A stretch of DNA of 64,000 nucleotides from the human T2T-CHM13v2.0 reference genome, Homo sapiens (GCF_009914755.1 NC_060938.1), one strand, 5' to 3'; numbered from the stretch's first letter, positions 39,128 through 57,779 are shown. Notes: generated from the letters alone by a model not told the origin. Numbers and translations: made by a program.

Positions 39128-41150
39128 TTATTGGAAGTTCTGGCCAGGGCAGTCAGGCAAGAGAAAGAAATAAAGGGTATTCAAACAGGAAAAGAGGAAG
39201 TAAAATTGTCTCTGTTTGCAGTTGACATGATTGATTGTATATTCAGAAGGCCTCATTGTCTCAGCCCCAAATCTCCTTAAGCTGATAAGCAACTTCAGCA
39301 AAGTCTCAAGATAAAAAAATCAATCTGCAAAAATCACAAGCATTATATACACCAATAACAGACAGAGAGCCAAATCATGAGTGAACTCCCATCCACAATT
39401 ACTGCAAAGAGAATAAGATACCTAAGAATACAACTTACAAGGAATGTGAAGGACCTCTTCAAGGAGAACTACAAACCACTGCTCAAGGAAATAAGAGAGG
39501 ACACAAACACATGGAAAAATATTCCATGCTCATGGATAGGAATAATCAATATCGTGAAAATGGCCATACTGCCCAAAGTAATTTATAGATTCAATGCTGT
39601 CCCCATCAACCTACCATTGACTTTCTTCACAGAATTAGAGTAAAGCTAATTTAAATTTCATATGGAAGCAAAAAAGAGCCCATATAGCTGAGACAATCTT
39701 AAGCAAAAAGAACAAAGCTGGAGGCATCACGCTACCTGACTTCAAACTATACTACAAGGCTACAGTGACCAAAACAGCATGACACTGATACCAAAACATA
39801 TATATAGACGAATGGAACAGAACAGAGGCCTCAGAAATAACACCACATATTGACAACCAGCTGATCTTCGACAAACCTGACAAAAACAAGCAATGGAGAA
39901 AGGATCCCCTATTCCATAAATGGTGTTGGGAAAACTGGCTAGCCATATGCAGAAAACTGAAACTGGACCCCTTCCTTACACCTTATACAAAAATTAACTC
40001 AAGATGGATTAAAGACTTAAACATAAGATCTAAAACCATAAAAATCCTAGAAGAAAACCTAGGTAATACCATTCAGGACATAGGCATGGGCAAAGACTTC
40101 ATGACTAAAACACCAAAAGTAATGGCAACAAAGGCCAAAATAGACAAATGGGACCTAAATAAACTAAAGAGCTTCTGCACAGCAAAAGAAACTATCATCA
40201 GAGTTAACAGGTAACCTACAGAATGGGAGAAAATTTTTGCAATCTATCCATCTGACAAAGGGCAAATATCCAGAATCTACAAGTAACTTATACAATTTAC
40301 AAGAAGAAAACTAAGGGTCCACCAAAAAGTGGGCAAAGGATATGAACAGACACTTCTCAAAAGAAGACATTTATACAGTCAACAAATACATGACAAAAAG
40401 CTCATCATCACTGGTCATTAGAGAAATGCAAATCAAAACCACAATGAGATACCATCTCACACCAGTTAGAATGGTGATCATTCAAAAAGTCAGGAAACAA
40501 CAGATACTGGAGACGATTTGGAGAAATAGGAATGCTTTTACACTGTTGGTGGGAGTGTAAATTAGCTCAACTATTGTGGAAGACAGTGTGGCAGTTCCTC
40601 AAGGATCTAGAACCAGAAATACCATTTGACCCAGCAATCCCATTACTGGGTACATACCCAAAGGATTATAAATCATGCTGCTATAAAGACACATGCACAT
40701 GTATATTTATTGCAGCACTGTTCACAATAGCAAAGACTTGGAACCAACCCAAATGCCCATCGATGATAGACTGGATAAAGAAAATGTGGCACATATACAC
40801 CATGGAATACTATGCAGCCATAAAAAAGGATGAGTTCATGTCCTTTGCAGGGACATGGATGAAGCTGGAAACCATCATTCTCATCAAAGTAACACAGGAA
40901 CAGAAAACCAAACACTGCATGTTCTCACTTATAAGTGGGAGTTGAACAAGGAGAACACATGCACACAGGGAGGGGAACATTACACACCAGAGCTTGTCCA
41001 GGGTGGGGGACATGGGGAGGGATAGCATTAGGAGATATACTTACTGTAGATGACGGGTTGATGGATGCAGCAAACCACCATGGCACATGTATACCTATGT
41101 AACAAACCTGCATGTTCTGCACATGTATCCCAGAACTTAAAGTATAAAAA
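39128..41150 (+). mobile_element. 5'-truncated L1PA7/8-like LINE-1 (~2 kb)
   Basis: ORF2 RT and C-terminal fragments; 3' end gtatcccagaacttaaagtat with short A tail; TSD aatgtacact-aaata / aatgtacactgaaata. Confidence 0.9.
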
Positions 41151-41360
41151 AATGTACACTGAAATAGTTTTTCATAGCAATGTCAAGAAAATTTAAAATG
41201 AGGGGAAAAACCTATATTTCAGTATGATAAATGTATTTAGAACAAAGGAAAACAAATGCTCCGTTTTCTTTATGTATTGGGACATTATGTGTTGTAGCAG
41301 TTAAGATGGGTAAGATGTATCTTTAAGTATCATTGTGGGAAAAAAATCTCAAAAACACTA

Positions 41361-41662
<302 letters not shown>

Positions 41663-42519
41663 AAAAAAAAAAAATTAAATGAATAAACGAAATTGCCAGT
41701 TGCTGTAGTATTACATAATTTTTGTAATGTTTAGCAACATGCACATCAGTAGAATATATTCATTCTTCCAAATCCAGTATAAGTACAGAAACATGAGAGA
41801 GTAATGACATATTTCAGAGTCATGTGTAGGTTTTTGTGTAGCATAGCAAAGTGTCCTCAGTCAGTTAGTAGTGTGACCAAGCATCAAATCATAGATAGAT
41901 TCTACCTTGAAATCAAATCTAATTAACAAAGAGTTGTTAATTTTTCCACCAGCTGATCAACCAGAGTTGTTAATAAATACAGCAGAATTTTATTCTGTTA
42001 TATTGGTAGAAGAAACTAAATTTATGTGATACAATATGTCACTGAAATACATGTAATTTTTAAGTTTATAATAACATTCATAAATTATAATAAGATTAAT
42101 ATCTAGAGACAAACTAATATTAGAGAAGACAATTTGAATTATGTATGAACATACAGAGACTACAATTTTCTTACAAGTAAATTAATTATATTAAAGCTGT
42201 AGATATTAATCAATTTTTTAAATTTTCTGGGATCAAGTATTCATAACTTAAACTATGACCAAAACAACTAACATTCCTTTAATAAATATTAATAGTGCCC
42301 ATTTTACATAGCACTATTTTTGGAACAAAATGATTTTGTACAGTTCTGAAATAAAGATCTGGAAATTTGGGGGATAACTGACATCCTCACATCCCATGTC
42401 CAGAGCTCTGCACTTTCGCTATGCATGAGCGAAAGCTTATACATTTCTTAGATGGCATTTAAGAGTTGTAAAATACAGAACCTTTATACTGGGTGCCGTG
42501 TCTTTACTGCTTTCCTTAG

Positions 42520-42834
42520 CTAGACATGTGGCTAATTCCCTCACTATCTTCTAGTCTTTGCTTTTCAAGAAGGCTTACTCAAACTACTTTATTGTATTTT
42601 CAGTTACAACTCTTTCCTACCACATTCTGATCTCCCTTATCTTTCTCTGTTTGTTTTTTCCCTCAAAGCATGTAAGATTTTCTAATATGATTTATAATTT
42701 ACTTATTATGTACTTTTTGCTTACTATTTATTATACTCTACCATAAAGTAAGTTTCAAAATGGCTTTGACTATTTCATTCACTGCTGGGTATACCTAGTA
42801 CTAACCAATAAATATTTGCCACATTAATGAATGA
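42520..42834 (+). mobile_element. L2a 3' end
   Basis: ttcactgctgggtatacctagtacta...caataaatatttg...aatgaatg. Confidence 0.65.
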
Positions 42835-44667
42835 TAAACTACACTATAAATGTTGTAATAAATTACAAGGAGAAATTTATTATTTTAAAGAGTCCTTATC
42901 ACTTTTTAATTTTCCATTAGAGAGATAATTTAATAAGTATTTGCTTAGCATAGTCTGAGCTAGAAAGATTGCCTGATTTTTCTTAGAAAGTTATTTATGA
43001 TATTTTTCTGTCTCTAAAGGATCACTTCCATGACACCTCTCAGTTACATACATTTAAGATGTGCAAGCAGCCACTGAACTGGGAGAGAGATAGGACAAAA
43101 TATTTTCTGTTAATAAAAATGTTACCACTCTAGGTCAAAAAAGAAACCTGGAGAGAAATTTAAATTTTTTTTAATTAAAAAAAAGAAAAAAATTCTTATC
43201 AAGGTTTGTGGAATGCAGTAAAATCAGTGTCAAGAGAAAAAAATATGGTGTTCATGCATATAATAGAAAAGACGAAAGATCCATAATTAATCATCTAAGA
43301 TACTACCTTAGGAAAATAGAAAATAAGAGTAAATTAAATCCAAAGTAAACACAAGAAAGGAAAAGATAAAAATTAGAGTAGAAATAAATAAATTTAAAAA
43401 CATAAATTCAGTAGGAAAAAATCAGTAAAACCACAAACTGCTTCTTTGAAAAGATCAATAAAATTGATATACCTCTAGCCAGGTTAACTATGAATAAAAG
43501 AGATAGGACAGACATTAATATCAGAAATAAAATAGGAAACATTATTATAGATCCCATAGACATTAAAAGGATAATCAAGGAACACTATTAACATCTCTAT
43601 CTGCACAAATTCAATAATTAGGTCAATGAGACAAATGCTTTGAAAGACACAAAATCTGCCAAAATTCACACAAGAAGAAATAAACTATTTGAAGGTCCAT
43701 GTCTTTTTAAAAATTGAATCTATAACTAATACTTTTCCAAAACAGAATGCATCAGGCCTAGATGGGTTCACTGGTGAATTCTACCAAATATTTATTGAAG
43801 AAATTATACCAATTTCTATAATCTCCTTTAGAAGATAGAAATAGAGAAAACACTTCCAAACTCATTTTATGAGGCCAAAATTACTCTAATATCAAAACCA
43901 GACAAAGGCATTATAAGAAAAACACAGATCAATATCTCTTATGAACACAGATCAAAAATCTTAAACAAAATATTAGCAACTCAAATTCAACAATATGTGA
44001 AAAGAATTATACAGCTCTACTGTGTGGTATTTATACCAGGTATGCAAGGCTCGGTCAACATTCAGAAACCAACTAATGTAAGCCCTAACATCAGAAGGCT
44101 AAGGAAGAAAAACCACAGGCTCATATAAATAAATGAAGAAAAGCATTTGACAAAATAACAACATTTATGATAAAAACTCTCAGTTAACTTAGAATAAAGG
44201 TGACCATCCTCAACTTGATAAAAATTATCTGCAAAAAAACCTACAGCTAACATGGTACTGAATGTGAGAAACTCAACGTTTTTCACCTAAGATGGCAAGG
44301 ATATCTCCACTCACCACTGCTTTTTCACATCTTACTTTAATTCTTAGCTAGCTAATGCAATAAGATGAGAAAAAGAGGTATACATATCTGAAAGGAAGAA
44401 ATTAAACTGTCTTTGTTCTCAGATAACATGATCATCTATGTAGAAAATCTAAAAGGATGGACAAAGAAACTCCTAGAACTAATGAGCAACTATAGGAATG
44501 TTGCAGGACACAAGGTTCATGTATATAATTCAATGGCTTTTCTATATACAAGCAATGCACAAGTGGAATTTTAAATTAAAAAAGCAATGCTGTTTAAATT
44601 AGCACCACAAAAATGAAACACTTAGGTATAAACTTAACAAAATATGTACAAGATATATACTACAGGC

Positions 44668-45572
44668 GTGGGAGGAGCCAAGATGGCCAAATAGGAACAG
44701 CTCCGGTCTACAGCTCCCAGCGTGAGCGACGCAGAAGACGGGTGATTTCTGCATTTCCATCTGAAGTACCGCGTTCATCTCACTAGGGAGTGCCAGACAG
44801 TGGGCGCAGGCCAGTGGGTGTGCGCACCATGCGCGAGCCGAAGCAGGGCGAGGCATTGCCTCACCTGGGAAATGCAAGGGGTCAGGGAGTTCCCTTTCCA
44901 AGTCAAAGAAAGGGGTGACGGAGGCACCTGGAAAATCAGGTCACTCCCACCCGAATACTGCGTTTTTCAGACCAGCTTAAAAAATGGCGCACCACGAGAC
45001 TATATCCCACACCTGGCTCGGAGGGTCCTACACCCACGGAATCTCGCTGATTCTAGCACAGCAGTCTGAGATCAAACTGCAAGGCGGCAGCGAGGCTGAG
45101 GGAGGGGCGCCCGCCATTGCCCAGGCTTGCTTAGGTAAACAAAGCAGCCAGGAAGCTCGAACTGGGTGGAGCCCATGACAGTTCAAGGAGGCCTGCCTGC
45201 CACTGTAGGCTGCACCTCTGGGGGCAGGGCACAGGCAAACAAAAAGACAGCAGTAACCTTTGCAGACTTAAATGTCCCTGTCTGACAGCTTTGAAGAGAG
45301 CAGTGGTTCTCCCAGCATGCAGCTGGAGATCTGAGAACCAGCAGACTGCCTCCTCAAGTGGGTCCCTGACCCCTGACCCCCGAGCAGCCTAACTGGGAGG
45401 CACCCCCCAGTAGGGGCACACTGACACTTCACAAGGCAGGGTATTCCAAAAGACCTGCAGCTGAGGGTCCTGTCTGTTAGAAGGAAAACTAACAAACAGA
45501 AAGGACATCCACACCGAAAACCCATCTGTACATCACCATCATCAAAGACCAAAAGTAGATAAAACCACAAAG
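44668..45572. promoter_or_regulatory. L1 5' UTR sense and antisense promoter with YY1 site (44679-44688)
   Basis: caagatggcc at the 5' end; the most CpG-rich stretch in the window; established L1 promoter architecture. Confidence 0.8.
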
Positions 45573-46589
45573 ATGGGGAAAAAACAGAACAGAAAAACTG
45601 GAAACTCTAAAACACAGAGTGCCTCTCCTCCTCCAAAGGAACGCAGTTCCTCACCAGCAACGGAACAAAGCTGGATGGAGAATGACTTTGACGAGCAGAG
45701 AGAAGAAGGCTTCAGACGATCAAATTACTCTGAGCTACGGGAGGACATTCAAACCAAAGGCAAAGAAGTTGAAAACTTTGAAAAAAATTTAAAAGAATGT
45801 ATAACTAGAATAACCAATACAGAGAAGTGCTTAAAGGAGCTGATGGAGCTGAAAACCAAGGCTCGAGAACTATGTGAAGAATGCAGAAGCCTCAGGAGCC
45901 AATGCGATCAACTGGAAGAAAGGGTATCAGCAATGGAAGATGAAATGAATGAAATGAAGGGAGAAGGGAAGTTTAGAGAAAAAAGAATAAAAAGAAATGA
46001 GCAAAGCCTCCAAGAAATATGGGACTATGTGAAAAGACCAAATCTACGTCTGACTGGTGTACCTGAAAGTGATGGGGAGAATGGAACCAAGTTGGAAAAC
46101 ACTCTGCAGGATATTATCCAGGAGAACTTCCCCAATCTAGCAAGGCAGGCCAACGTTCAGATTCAGGAAATACAGAGAACGCCACAAAGATACTCCTCGA
46201 GAAGAGCAACTCCAAGACACATAATTGTCAGATTCACCAAAGTTGAAATGAAGGAAAAAATGTTAAGGGCAGCCAGAGAGAAAGGTCGGGTTACCCTCAA
46301 AGGGAAGCCCATCAGACTAACAGCAGATCTCTCGGCAGAAACCCTACAAGCCAGAAGAGAGTGGGGGCCAATATTCAACATTCTTAAAGAAAAGAATTTT
46401 CAACCCAGAATTTCATATCCAGCCAAACTAAGCTTCATAAGTGAAGGAGAAATAAAATCCTTTACAGACAAGCAAATGCTGAGAGATTTTGTCACCACCA
46501 GGCCTGCCCTAAAAGAGCTCCTGAAGGAAGCGCTAAACATGGAAAGGAACAACCGGTACCAGCTGCTGCAAAATCATGCCAAAATGTAA
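45573..46589 (+). CDS. ORF1: LINE-1 ORF1p, intact 338 aa
   Basis: Full-length ORF1p with REKG, ARR and YPAKLS motifs intact. Confidence 0.95.
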   Translation: MGKKQNRKTGNSKTQSASPPPKERSSSPATEQSWMENDFDEQREEGFRRSNYSELREDIQTKGKEVENFEKNLKECITRITNTEKCLKELMELKTKARELCEECRSLRSQCDQLEERVSAMEDEMNEMKGEGKFREKRIKRNEQSLQEIWDYVKRPNLRLTGVPESDGENGTKLENTLQDIIQENFPNLARQANVQIQEIQRTPQRYSSRRATPRHIIVRFTKVEMKEKMLRAAREKGRVTLKGKPIRLTADLSAETLQARREWGPIFNILKEKNFQPRISYPAKLSFISEGEIKSFTDKQMLRDFVTTRPALKELLKEALNMERNNRYQLLQNHAKM

Positions 46590-46625
46590 AGACCATCGAG
46601 ACTAGGAAGAAACTGCATCAACTAA

Positions 46626-50466
<3,841 letters not shown>

Positions 50467-50521
50467 ACAATGAGGTAACATGGACACAGGAAGGGGAATA
50501 TCACACTCTGGGGACTGTGGT

Positions 50522-50543
50522 GGGGTGGGGGGAGGGGGGAGGG
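50522..50543 (+). other. G-quadruplex-forming polypurine tract in L1 3' UTR
   Basis: ggggtggggggaggggggaggg has four G-runs; a known L1PA feature. Confidence 0.7.
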
Positions 50544-50671
50544 ATAGCACTGGGAGATATACCTAATGCTAGATGACGAGTTAGTGGGTGCAGCACACCA
50601 GCACGGCACATGTATACATATGTAACTAACCTGCACAATGTGCACATGTACCCTAAAACTTAAAGTATAAT

Positions 50672-50673
50672 AA

Positions 50674-50708
<35 letters not shown>

Positions 50709-50709
50709 A
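50672..50709 (+). repeat. (AAAT)n microsatellite derived from the L1 poly(A) tail
   Basis: About 9 units seen directly. Confidence 0.93.
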
Positions 50710-51648
50710 CTACAGGCTCTGATGAAATAAAGAAGAACTGAATAAATGGATATTCCTTATTCATAGACAGGAAGACTCAATATTGACAAGATGTTAGTTA
50801 TCAGTTTGATCTGTAGATTCAGTGCAATCTTAATCAAAATGCTAGTGAGTTATTTGTGAATTAGGAAAACTAATTCTAAAATTTATATATGAAGGCAAAA
50901 GACACAGAATGGCTAACACAACATTGAAGAAGAATACCAAGGGAAGAGGACTGATGCTATCCACCTTGAAGACTCACTATAAAGCTACACTAATCAGTGG
51001 GCTATTGGAGAAAGGATAGACCAAAAGATTAATGAAACAGAATAGAAACACCAGAAATAGATCCACATGAATATAGTTAACCAATCTTTGACAAAAAAGC
51101 AAAGGCAATACAATAAAGACAAGGAAGACTTTTCAACAACTGGTGCTGGAACATCTGGACATCCATATGCAAGGAAAATAAATCTCAATGCAGACCTTAG
51201 ACCCTTCACAAAAATTAACCCAAGCTGGATCACAAATCTAAATGTAATATGCAAAGCCATAAAATTCCTGGAAGAAAAATCTAGAACTTGTGTTTGTATT
51301 TGGTGATGACTTTTCAAAACATACCGAAGTACAATATATATAAAAAAAATTAAAACTGGACTTCATTAAAATTACAAAATTCTGCTCTGTGAAAGACTCT
51401 GTCAAGAGAATGTAAAGACAAGCCACAGAGTAGGAGAAAATATTCGCAAGATATTTGATAAAAGATTGTTATTCAAAATATACAAATAATTATTAAAATT
51501 CAACAATAAAACAACCTGATTACAAAATGAGCCAAAGACTTTAACAGACATTTCACCAAGAAGATATACAGATGACAAATAAGCATCTTAAAAGATGTTC
51601 CACATCTCATGTTATCAAAGAAATGCAAATTAAAATAAAACAACGAGA

Positions 51649-52457
51649 TGTGACTATTGGGACGCAATAAAAATATATACTTTTTCTCTGCTTCAGGCTT
51701 CTAAAACTCTCATAATTTCCTGAGTGACAGCATAAGAGAGGCATCATTTCTTATTTATAATAAGCCCCTTTTAGTCATACCTAAGTTTATTCTAGTAAGT
51801 CTACTCTTGGAGCATAGGAGCTGGTTGTGGGAAGAACCAACCACAAGACAAGAGGGTTGAAAGTTTCAGCACCATCCACCTCTGGAAAGGGGTAAGCAGT
51901 TGGACATTGAGTTAAACTGACAATGGCCAAGAATTGAATCAATTATGCCTATATAATGAAGCATCCATTAAAATCCCAAACAAATGAGTTAAAATAGTTT
52001 CCGCATTGGTGACTGCACGGAAGTACTGGGACAGTGCCACGCCTGGACACAGCATGAGAGCTCCATGCCCCTTCATCATACCTTGTCCTATGGACCTCTT
52101 CATCTGACTGTACGTATGTACCCTTTATGATATTCTTTATAATAAACCAGTTAATGCAAGTAAAGTGTTTCCTTGGATTTTATGAGCTGTTATAGAAAAT
52201 CATCAAATTTGAGGAGAAAGTTTTAGGGAACCCAACAGTAACCAAGTCAGACAGAAATGTGGGTAACCCAGGACTAACTACTTGCAATTGGAATCTGAAG
52301 TTGGAGGTGGTTCTGTGGGACTGAGCCCTTATCCTATTGTTAGTGCTAGAATTGAATTAAACTGTAGGATACTGAGTTGGTGTTCACAGATAATATGTAA
52401 ATTGCAATGTGTGTAAAATCTACATATTTGATTACGGAAGTGTTGTAAGTACAGAAC
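51649..52457 (+). mobile_element. MER21 (MER21C-like) LTR
   Basis: ataataagccccttt, tcaattatgcctatataatgaag, aataaaccagt, gtgggactgagccctta; interrupts the L1MC. Confidence 0.78.
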
Positions 52458-53351
52458 ACCACTACAACAAATGTTGGCAAGGATGTGAAGCAACAGGAAC
52501 TCTCATTCACTGCTGATGAGAATGCAAAGTGGTACAGCTACTTTGAAGGACAGTTTATGGTTCTTACAAGACTAAACATTCTCATGCCATACTATCCAAC
52601 AATCATTTTCCTTGGTATCTACGTAAAGGAGTGGACAACTTATGTCTACACAGAAACCTGTAGAGGTATGTTTATAGAAGCTTTATTCATAGTTGCCCAA
52701 ACTTGGAAGCAACCAAGATGCCCCTCCATAGGTTAGTGGGTAAATAAACTTTGGTACATCCAGGAAATTAAATATTATTCAGTGCAAAAAGAAATGAGCT
52801 ATCAAACTATGCACAGAAAATGGAGAAACTTAACTGCATTTTACTAAGTGAAAGAAGCCAATGTGAAAAGGCTGCATACTGTGTGATTGCAATTATATGA
52901 CATTTGGGAAAAGGCAAAACTATGGAGACAGTAAAAAGATCAGTTCTTTTCAGAGTTGGGCTGGGAGGGAGGGATGATGCATGGAATACAGAGAATTTCA
53001 GGTCAGTGAAACTACTAATATACTAAGGTGTAGTATTAATGTATAGTATCATATACTAATATGGTAGACATGCATCAATATATAATACATTTGTCCAAAC
53101 CCATAGAATGTACAACACCAAGAGTAAACCCTAATATAAACTATGCACTCTGGGTGATAATGATGTATTAATGTGGGTTCATCATTTGTAACAAATGTAC
53201 CACTCTAACTGGGGATGCTGATAATTGATGAGGCTATGCATGAGCCAGGGGGCAGGTGGTATACAGGGATTCTCTGTACCTTCTGCTCAATTTTGCTGTG
53301 AACCTAATACTTATCTTTTAAAAAGTCTATTTTAAAAAAGTTACTGCTCTT

Positions 53352-53413
53352 GCACATCCTGCACATGTACCCTGGAATTTAAAATTAAAAATAATGAACA
53401 TAATAATAAAAAG
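53352..53413 (+). mobile_element. Micro L1PA 3'-end insertion (62 bp) with 14-bp TSD
   Basis: gcacatcctgcacatgtaccctggaatttaaaat plus A-rich tail, between two copies of aagttactgctctt. Confidence 0.85.
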
Positions 53414-53475
53414 AAGTTACTGCTCTTCATACTACCTCATCTTCCAAAAAGAGTTAAAAATATCTGCCTAGGAGC

Positions 53476-54446
53476 TGTGAACCCAAAAGTATCTGAGATA
53501 TCTCAATCAATTTAGAAAGTTTATTTTGCCAATGTTACAGACACAAACAATTTTCCAATGTTACGGACACAAATGTCCAATGTTACCTGTGACACAAACT
53601 CAGGAGGTCCTGATGACATGTGCCCAAGGTTCTTTGGGGACAGCTTGGTTTTATACATTTTATGGAGACATGAAACATCAATCAATATATGTAAGATGTA
53701 CATTGGTTTGGTCAGGAAAGGTGGGACAACTTGAAGTGGGGAGGGGGCTTCCAGGTCATAGGTAGATAAGAGACAAAAGGTCGCATTCTTTTAAGTTTCT
53801 AGTTAGCCTTTCACTGAATACACAATTTACATGTGAGAGGAGAATAAAGGAATAGTCACTTATGCTTTAGTCTGGCTTAGTGAAATAATAGGGCAGAGGA
53901 AGCAATCAGATATGCAGTTGTCTCAGGTGAACAGAGGAATGACTTGGAATTCTGTCTGTCCTTTGCCCATAAGGAATTTCCTTTTGGGCAAATTGTGAGG
54001 GAGGTATGTAGTATATATATATATGTATATAAATCTTTGTAACCATCTCTTTTTTTTTTTTTGAGGTGGAGTCTCGCTTAGTCGCCCAGGCTAGAGTGCA
54101 GTGGCATGATCTTGGCTTACTGCATCCTCCACCTCCCGGGTTCACGTGATTCTCCTGCCTCAGCCTCCTGAGTAGCTGGGACTACAGGCACATGCCACCA
54201 CGCCTGGCTAATTTTTCTATTTTTAGTAGAGATAGGTTTTCACCATATTGGCCAGGATATCTCGATCTCCTGACCTGATCCACCTGCCTTGGCCTCCTAA
54301 AGTGCTGGGACTACAGGCATGAGCCACCACACCTGGCAGCTGTCTTATTTAAAAATAAAATGGGAGGCAGGTTTACCTGACGCAGTTCCTAGCTTGAATT
54401 TTCCCTTTGGCTTTGTGATTTTGGGGTCCTTTATTTTCTTTTCACA
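53476..54446 (-). mobile_element. MER4A-type ERV1 solo LTR (contains an Alu)
   Basis: tgtgaaccc...ttttcaca; perfect 4-bp TSD gagc (53472-53475, 54447-54450). Confidence 0.88.
54050..54337 (-). mobile_element. AluS (Sc-like) SINE
   Basis: Poly-T plus full antisense Alu dimer inside the MER4 LTR. Confidence 0.92.
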
Positions 54447-55195
54447 GAGCTTACTGGGAGAAATGAGTTGGAGTTAAACAACTTCCTTAATTAGATTTGA
54501 CATTATTAGAAACTCTCTGATGGGTGGGCTGATCAGGAATAAAGTCCTGGAGCTTTGAAATGAAAATTTATCTTGGATATAATTGGAATCAAGTAGGACC
54601 AAACTTCACACCCAAGCAGTTGTATGTGAGTAGGTTAAGTGGATGAAAAGAAGGGAAGTAGGACTGAGTCTTGTATTGCTTGTGACTGAATTTTTGACCT
54701 CCTTTTGGCCTCGTTCCAGTCAAATAGTGAGTGATATTTCAATTTCAAAGTAAACTAAAGACCTTTTAACTTAGGGGAACATTTAGATAGCCATTCTTGG
54801 TTAAATTAAAGACAGAAATTTTACAACCTGCATACAGCCTCAGGCCAACAATTCCAAAAACTTAGTAGTGGGGAGGGATGCACTGAATTGTTTGAAATAA
54901 TTTTTCACAGCAAAGCTCCTGTGAGAAAAGAAATAGCAACTAAAAATGCTTTGTTCTCCAGTTCTGTCTTTGCCATGAATTTGTAAAGAGGATTAGATGC
55001 TTTGGATTTTTATAATAATAAAAATGGGATGAGGAGTTCACAGAGAAAGCAACTGGATGTTCTGTTCATATGAGCAGGGGAAGGCCCACAATTTCATGTA
55101 AGTATTAAAAAGAGAGGTGACTTAATTATTCCCAAGGCTAGTGAGTGGAAGCCTACCAGTAATACTGGAGTAGTCTACATTTGTGTGTATGCTTC

Positions 55196-55820
55196 TGTTA
55201 CCAGAAACAGGTCATGATCCAGACCCCAGGAGAGGGTTCTTGGTTCTTGCCCAAGAAATAATTCGGGGTGAGTTCATAAAGTGAAAGCAAGTTTATTAAG
55301 AAAGTAAAGGAAGAAAAGAATGGCTACTCTATAGGCAGAGCAGCCCTAAGACTGTTGGTTGCCCATTTTTATGGTTATTTCTTGATTATAGGCTAAACAA
55401 GAGATGGATTATTCATGAGTTTTCCAGGAATGGAATGGGCTATTTCCAGAACTGAGGGTTCTTCTCCTTTTCAGACCACATAGGGTAACTTCCTGATGTT
55501 GCCATGGCATTTGTAAACTCTCATAGCGCTGGTGGAAGTGTCTTTTAACATGCTAATGCAGTATCATTAGTGTATTAAGAGCAGTGAGGGTGATCAGAGG
55601 TCCCTCTCACCATCTTGGTTTTGGTGGATTTTGGCTGGCTTCTTTACTGCAACCTGCTTTATCAGCAAGATCTTGATGACCTGTATATTTTGCCGACCTC
55701 CTATCTCATCCTGTGACTTAGAATGTCTAACCTCCTGGGAATGCAGCCCAGTAGGTCTCCAATTTATTTTACCCAGCCTCTATACAAGATGGAGTTGCTC
55801 TGGTTTAAATGCCTCTGATG
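55196..55820 (-). mobile_element. MER51A-like ERV1 solo LTR
   Basis: tgttaccagaaa...gatccagacccc...aagcaagtttattaag...gcctctgatg; TSD cttc on both sides. Confidence 0.87.
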
Positions 55821-56082
55821 CTTCCTCTTTATTTAAAGACATAAATCTAAATAATTATTAAATTTCTCAATATAAAGTGGAAAAATGGAAGTTATTTCAG
55901 AGATTTATTTGTATAACACATTAGCAGACTACTTGGAAACATATATCAGCATTTAGCCTTTGATGGCTAAAATTTTACCCCACCTTTGATTTTATTTTGG
56001 AGATTTTTACTTGGAAACATGGTTTAGAAGCCATGAAAACTGTGGATTTTTCTTTGTTACTCTCTCTGAACTTTAGTTACTA

Positions 56083-56547
<465 letters not shown>

Positions 56548-57779
56548 TCAAAACTAAAATGTTATTTTTTTAATCTTCTCTATCTTTTTCTCTCTTTCTT
56601 TCTTTTTTTTTTTTCACCTGAATGACAATCTTGGGTGGTGGAGTCGGGGGGGTTTGTCAGTGGAATGTCATCCATAGGGTGATGGGTTGTCAATATCTTA
56701 ACTCGTATTTTCTTAAATATTTTTATTCATTTTATTTTCTTATTTGTCTACTCTTATCAGAATTTTCTAATTGTAGATATTTGAGGAACAAGTATCAAAT
56801 GTATATGAAAAATGGAAAGTCAAAAAAATACTAGACACACTTTCAACCAGTTATCCACCCACCTTATATTACTTACAGTGCAGAACGCTCAATTATAAAT
56901 GCAACTCTTCAATTCCACAGCACAGAAAATGAGACTATGTATATCATTACCAGCCCCAGTAGAGATAATAAGGGCATATGCACAGCTACAACTATCCATT
57001 GAGATAATGAGATTATAAATACTATACTCCTACTGCTTCTAGGTATAATGAGAAGCTACAGTTTTATGGTCATATTTCTGCAATCATCCTTGAAACCAGG
57101 AGACAGTGAATTTAGAGATAACCTAATGAGGAAAAGAAACAGATAACCATTTATCATAGTCTTTCCGAAATCAGCTCATGAAGTAAGGCACAAATGGAAA
57201 CAAAGGAACTGAATACATTCATTTGTTAATTAATATCTGCTGTTCTTAGAGAATCATGAACAATGAGCAATTTATTAAAGAGGCAATAATCTGAAATACT
57301 CTATTACAGGGTTAATGATCATAAAAACAGGTCTCATAAAAGTAAGGGACAATCAAGAGCTTTCGGGAATTGCTCATTTAATATATTTCTATTCTCTTAA
57401 ACAAAAAATAGTCTCTGACACATTATCAGTAAATCATGTTTTAGGCAATACTATTGATTTTCTGTAGCAAGAGGATATTTACATTCCTTATTTATGTCTA
57501 CTTTCCTGGAAATATTTATTTGTGTTCACAAAAGTTATGTACAAAGAAAGAGCTCCAGGCTCAGTTTGAGGATACTGTAGAGGATTAATTGCCATGAAAT
57601 ACAAATTGAAAAAAATTTTAAATATACTTCTGCTCAGATTTGATACTTGAAATTAAATTCCCCAAAGTAAAATATCCTTGCATGTGAGAGAAGGTGATTC
57701 TCGTTTTAGGAAAATAGGAATACAATTTTCAACCCTAACTACATGTACTAAATTGCACATTTCTAACCTCTGATTATTT

